From IMG/VR virus record IMGVR_UViG_3300044260_000112, positions 1 through 27,822 of that record: a DNA stretch of 27,822 nucleotides; one strand, given 5' to 3'. This stretch comes from a virus (taxonomy: Duplodnaviria; Caudoviricetes). The notes beneath the pieces are model-generated. The model made no database searches. It saw nothing but the letters and a program-made list of their open reading frames with translations, and was not told where the DNA came from. A program made the position numbers and the translations under genes. This document shows positions 24,812-27,822 of the stretch, one piece after another (the first letter of the stretch is position 1; the number at the start of each line of letters is the position of its first letter).

Positions 24812-26836
24812 TTATGTCGCGGCCACGATGCCGCCAGCGAAAGGACCGTTCGAGCTAGCGCCGCCGGCACTTGTGAAGCTCGCGCCCTCACCCACGGAAC
24901 TCGGGATGACGGCTGTACCTGGGTTCGCGGCTTCCGGTCCCTGTGCCGTCATTTTTGGGATTTCCTCGCCCACTGACTGACGACTTGAAAAGAGCAAATC
25001 TAACCGCTCAATCTCCTTGCGCGCCCACAATGCGCGGGCTTCTTCCAGAGGGCAGCCGCTTGTTGCAGCGGCTGCGGACAAAGCCGCGCGGACGTCCTGG
25101 TACTGCTTGAAATTGCAGTGGATCTGGCTGCCCTGAGCAATGGCGGCAAGAACGTTTCGCATGAGGACGCTTTCTTCCATTGTGTCTTTCGAACCTGAAG
25201 GACCACGCGCAGTCTTGCGCGCCGCTGAAGACTCCCGAACCTCACCTGTCGCCTGCTGGCGATAGAACTCAACGATGCCGCCGCCGAGGCGTGTGCGCAT
25301 GTAAATGAGCGCTTGCGAGGTGGCGTCGACATCATCGTCATGAGCGGCCTTGGGAAACGTGCAGATATTGTGCAGATAATCTTCAATCCAGTTGCAACCA
25401 AAGGCCTGCGGATCGGGAAGTTCAATGCTGCCGGCTTCCCAAAGCGGCGCAGTCGCCTGAGCGCGAGCAAGCTTGCCGCCTTCAGGATTTACCCCCACGA
25501 CACCAGCGATTTCTTTTTGCAATTCACTGATAATGGCAGGGCCGTTGGCCTTATCTTCAATCAGGACCGCGTGCGCCTCCGGAAACTTGGCATGACAGGC
25601 CTTGATGGCCGCCATGGTGGGGCCGAAATCAAGCCGGTCATAGGTGCGATACGGCAGCATGAAATATTTTCCTCCAGAGCGCCCCCAGACCTGCCCGGCG
25701 ACAAAGTCATTCTCCTGGCCGCCGCTGAAAGTGCAATCCCAGGATTGGACCATGAACTCAAATTTCTCCGGCATTTGACGATAGAAGCGAACCCACTGGC
25801 GCTTGATGATGCCGCCATCGAGTGGCGCGGGCGTTTGCTGATATTGTCCGTTGAATGCCCAACTACCCATGCCAACGCGCTGGCTATCCAGAAAAGATTG
25901 CGGTAGACGCGCTTCCCAGAGCAGATCGCCGGCTTTCTGCGTTGCAAGTAGCTTGCCCGACGGAGAGTTCCATGTTTCGTCTTTTTCTGCAACCGCGGAA
26001 AGGCTGACATGCTTCCAGCGGGTGCTTTCGCGGGCGAGCACGTGACCGGTGAGATCGAGCTCATGCAGACGCTGCATAATAATGATCTTTACGCCCTTTG
26101 CGGGATCATTGATTCGGCTGCGAAAAGTGGTATCAAAGCGCAGGTTGACCGCTTCCCTTTCGACCTGGCTGATGGCTTGCTCCGGGTTGAGCGGATCATC
26201 AAAGATCAAAACGTCACCACCCATGCCCGTGGCCGTGGCCTGCATGCCGGTAGAGAACATGGTTCCGCGCGCTGAATTTTCATAATGGCTCTTGACATTC
26301 TGATCACGCGACAGCGAAAAGACGCTGCTCCACTCTTTCTGGTACCACTCTGACTCAATAATGCTGCGGCGTAAAACGCTGTGCTGCGTGCTGAGTTTTT
26401 CAGAATACGAAACAAACATGAAGCGACGCGATGGCTTGGTGGTCCAAACCCATATGGGAAAAAAGACCGTGATCAGCAGGCTCTTCATGGTCCGCGGAGG
26501 AACATTGAAGATGATGCCTTCAAGATCGCCACAAACCTTTTTGAACTTCTCGTCCCTGATCAGCGTGAGGTATTCACAGATGAGGTCAAGATGCCAACTC
26601 CAGACAAGTGGGCTGACGGGCTCAAGAATGCGCCACGCGCGTGCAACAAATTTCTTAAGCGTGAGCTTGAGGACTTTGCTTTTTTTTGCCGAGGCAGGCG
26701 AACCGGCGGCCTCATGGTCGGGAATGTCAGTCGAGGCAGGCAAAGAGTTGGCCGTTGCTGGCAATTTGCGTGCGCTACAGGAGTCACGTCTTTTTTTGCG
26801 GCTCTTCTTGGCCCCGCGTTTGCTGGGTTTAGTCAT
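24812..26836 (-). CDS. terL: Terminase large subunit with N- and C-terminal extensions
   Basis: Walker A NVPPRTMKS, Walker B LIFDDP, IIMQRLHELDL, GQYQQTP, nuclease motifs SWDCTF, IEDKANG, HDDDVDATSQA. Confidence 0.96.
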   Translation of the reverse strand: MTKPSKRGAKKSRKKRRDSCSARKLPATANSLPASTDIPDHEAAGSPASAKKSKVLKLTLKKFVARAWRILEPVSPLVWSWHLDLICEYLTLIRDEKFKKVCGDLEGIIFNVPPRTMKSLLITVFFPIWVWTTKPSRRFMFVSYSEKLSTQHSVLRRSIIESEWYQKEWSSVFSLSRDQNVKSHYENSARGTMFSTGMQATATGMGGDVLIFDDPLNPEQAISQVEREAVNLRFDTTFRSRINDPAKGVKIIIMQRLHELDLTGHVLARESTRWKHVSLSAVAEKDETWNSPSGKLLATQKAGDLLWEARLPQSFLDSQRVGMGSWAFNGQYQQTPAPLDGGIIKRQWVRFYRQMPEKFEFMVQSWDCTFSGGQENDFVAGQVWGRSGGKYFMLPYRTYDRLDFGPTMAAIKACHAKFPEAHAVLIEDKANGPAIISELQKEIAGVVGVNPEGGKLARAQATAPLWEAGSIELPDPQAFGCNWIEDYLHNICTFPKAAHDDDVDATSQALIYMRTRLGGGIVEFYRQQATGEVRESSAARKTARGPSGSKDTMEESVLMRNVLAAIAQGSQIHCNFKQYQDVRAALSAAAATSGCPLEEARALWARKEIERLDLLFSSRQSVGEEIPKMTAQGPEAANPGTAVIPSSVGEGASFTSAGGASSNGPFAGGIVAAT

Positions 26837-27456
26837 CGGTTCCTGTCCTCAAATGCCACGAAGTACACCTGCTGATTCTCGATGGAGCCGGCCGGCCCTT
26901 CGGTTTCATCTTCAGCTTCGACACCAACTTCAGTTTCGCCTTCGACATAAGTGATGTTTGCCACGTTTTTCCGCCAGCCAACGTAAAGGGCCGTCTTGAC
27001 AAGATGAGAGCCTGCAACGTACTCCCAGATGGCGGTCCCATTGATGTTGCAACTGGTATCACGCAAATAAGTAATCTTGGCGAAGGTGAGCTGCAAAGCA
27101 CTGTTCTGATGAATGAACTGCGCCATTCCGTCTCTGACGAGCCCGATGGCAGAAATGACCCGTACGGCAAAAGCGGGCGGCGCGGGATAAGCACGCTCAC
27201 AGTCGACAGTTCTGCCCTGGAGGCAATCTTTGCAGGGATTCGACCGGCAATAAGCGTGGATCGCACATGTGTGACACGGATACCCCAGAATGCAGGAAGA
27301 AAACAACGTGGGCTGGTGCATTCGATATACGGGTACAAGAAGCTGCGACACTGGATATTCCCTCGCATGGTAGTTTGCTAATCCCTGTTTGTGCGGCGCC
27401 CGTTGGCGCGTTCTTGCCAGCAGGGGACAATCACGACGCACAGTAATCGATTGCAC
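26833..27456 (-). CDS. Hypothetical Cys-rich protein translationally coupled to terL (start uncertain)
   Basis: ATGA overlap with terL; CHTC..C..CKDC..C cluster; acidic C-terminus; true start may be downstream of 27456. Confidence 0.6.
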   Translation of the reverse strand: MQSITVRRDCPLLARTRQRAPHKQGLANYHAREYPVSQLLVPVYRMHQPTLFSSCILGYPCHTCAIHAYCRSNPCKDCLQGRTVDCERAYPAPPAFAVRVISAIGLVRDGMAQFIHQNSALQLTFAKITYLRDTSCNINGTAIWEYVAGSHLVKTALYVGWRKNVANITYVEGETEVGVEAEDETEGPAGSIENQQVYFVAFEDRNR

Positions 27457-27471
27457 GGTTGCTTAATCCCT

Positions 27472-27822
27472 TCAGGAACTATTGGTCTCACCTTCGACCG
27501 CCGGGTCCCACTGTGTGGGTTCAACGATGTGAACCTGATGAAAAGGAAGATTTCTTGATGTGAGTCCGGATCCGAGCAGCACAAAGGCACACTCCTGGCT
27601 ACATTCGGGGCACGCGGTCACAGCGTGCGCTGGGAGCTCTGGAATTGCCTGCCGGACAGAGCCACAACATTCGCATCGAAGAGCAATATAGATACACGGG
27701 CGCAGAGCCGGCTGGCGGGCCGACGATACCTGGGTAGAACATTGGCTGCGCTCATCGGACATTGAAGGGCGCAGTAATGAGCCCTGCACGGAAACCGATA
27801 GCGGCTCGTGATCGAAACGCAT
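27472..27822 (-). CDS. Zinc-ribbon hypothetical protein
   Basis: CECC...CPEC pairs; co-oriented with terL; at the window edge, start uncertain. Confidence 0.55.
   Translation of the reverse strand: MRFDHEPLSVSVQGSLLRPSMSDERSQCSTQVSSARQPALRPCIYIALRCECCGSVRQAIPELPAHAVTACPECSQECAFVLLGSGLTSRNLPFHQVHIVEPTQWDPAVEGETNSS

Larger units (their letters stand above)
1..27822 (-). mobile_element. Prophage-derived or GTA-like siphoviral head-tail-lysis cluster ending in an integrase-like gene; boundaries not visible
   Basis: Co-oriented terL-portal-protease-capsid-neck-tail-tip-fibre-lysis-integrase in canonical order, with several overlapping stop/start junctions. Confidence 0.93.

Overview
The window is almost entirely one minus-strand siphovirus-type morphogenesis and lysis cluster. 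In gene order it holds a terminase large subunit, portal, HK97 prohead protease/scaffold, major capsid, head-tail adaptor, gp10-like neck protein, tail terminator, tail tube, frameshifted G/GT tail chaperones and tape measure. These are followed by an RcGTA-like tip module (DUF2460, DUF2163, NlpC/P60, large central tail protein), a tail-fibre-like protein, a lysis cassette with an HNH endonuclease, and a tyrosine-recombinase-fold gene. No replication genes and no recognisable small terminase or head-closure gene are visible. The host is probably an Acidobacterium (my impression from repeat families and protein style, not verified). Several features suggest a long-resident, possibly domesticated, GTA-like element rather than an ordinary prophage. 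The structural genes are intact while many intergenic gaps carry host-like palindromes or short tandem repeats. The integrase lacks two canonical catalytic residues. The fibre-like protein and a pre-portal protein carry Sec-type signal peptides. A holin-like domain is fused to a lipoprotein through an internal lipobox. A divergent regulator switch separates terL from the portal. All family calls come from motif recognition by eye; no searches were run.
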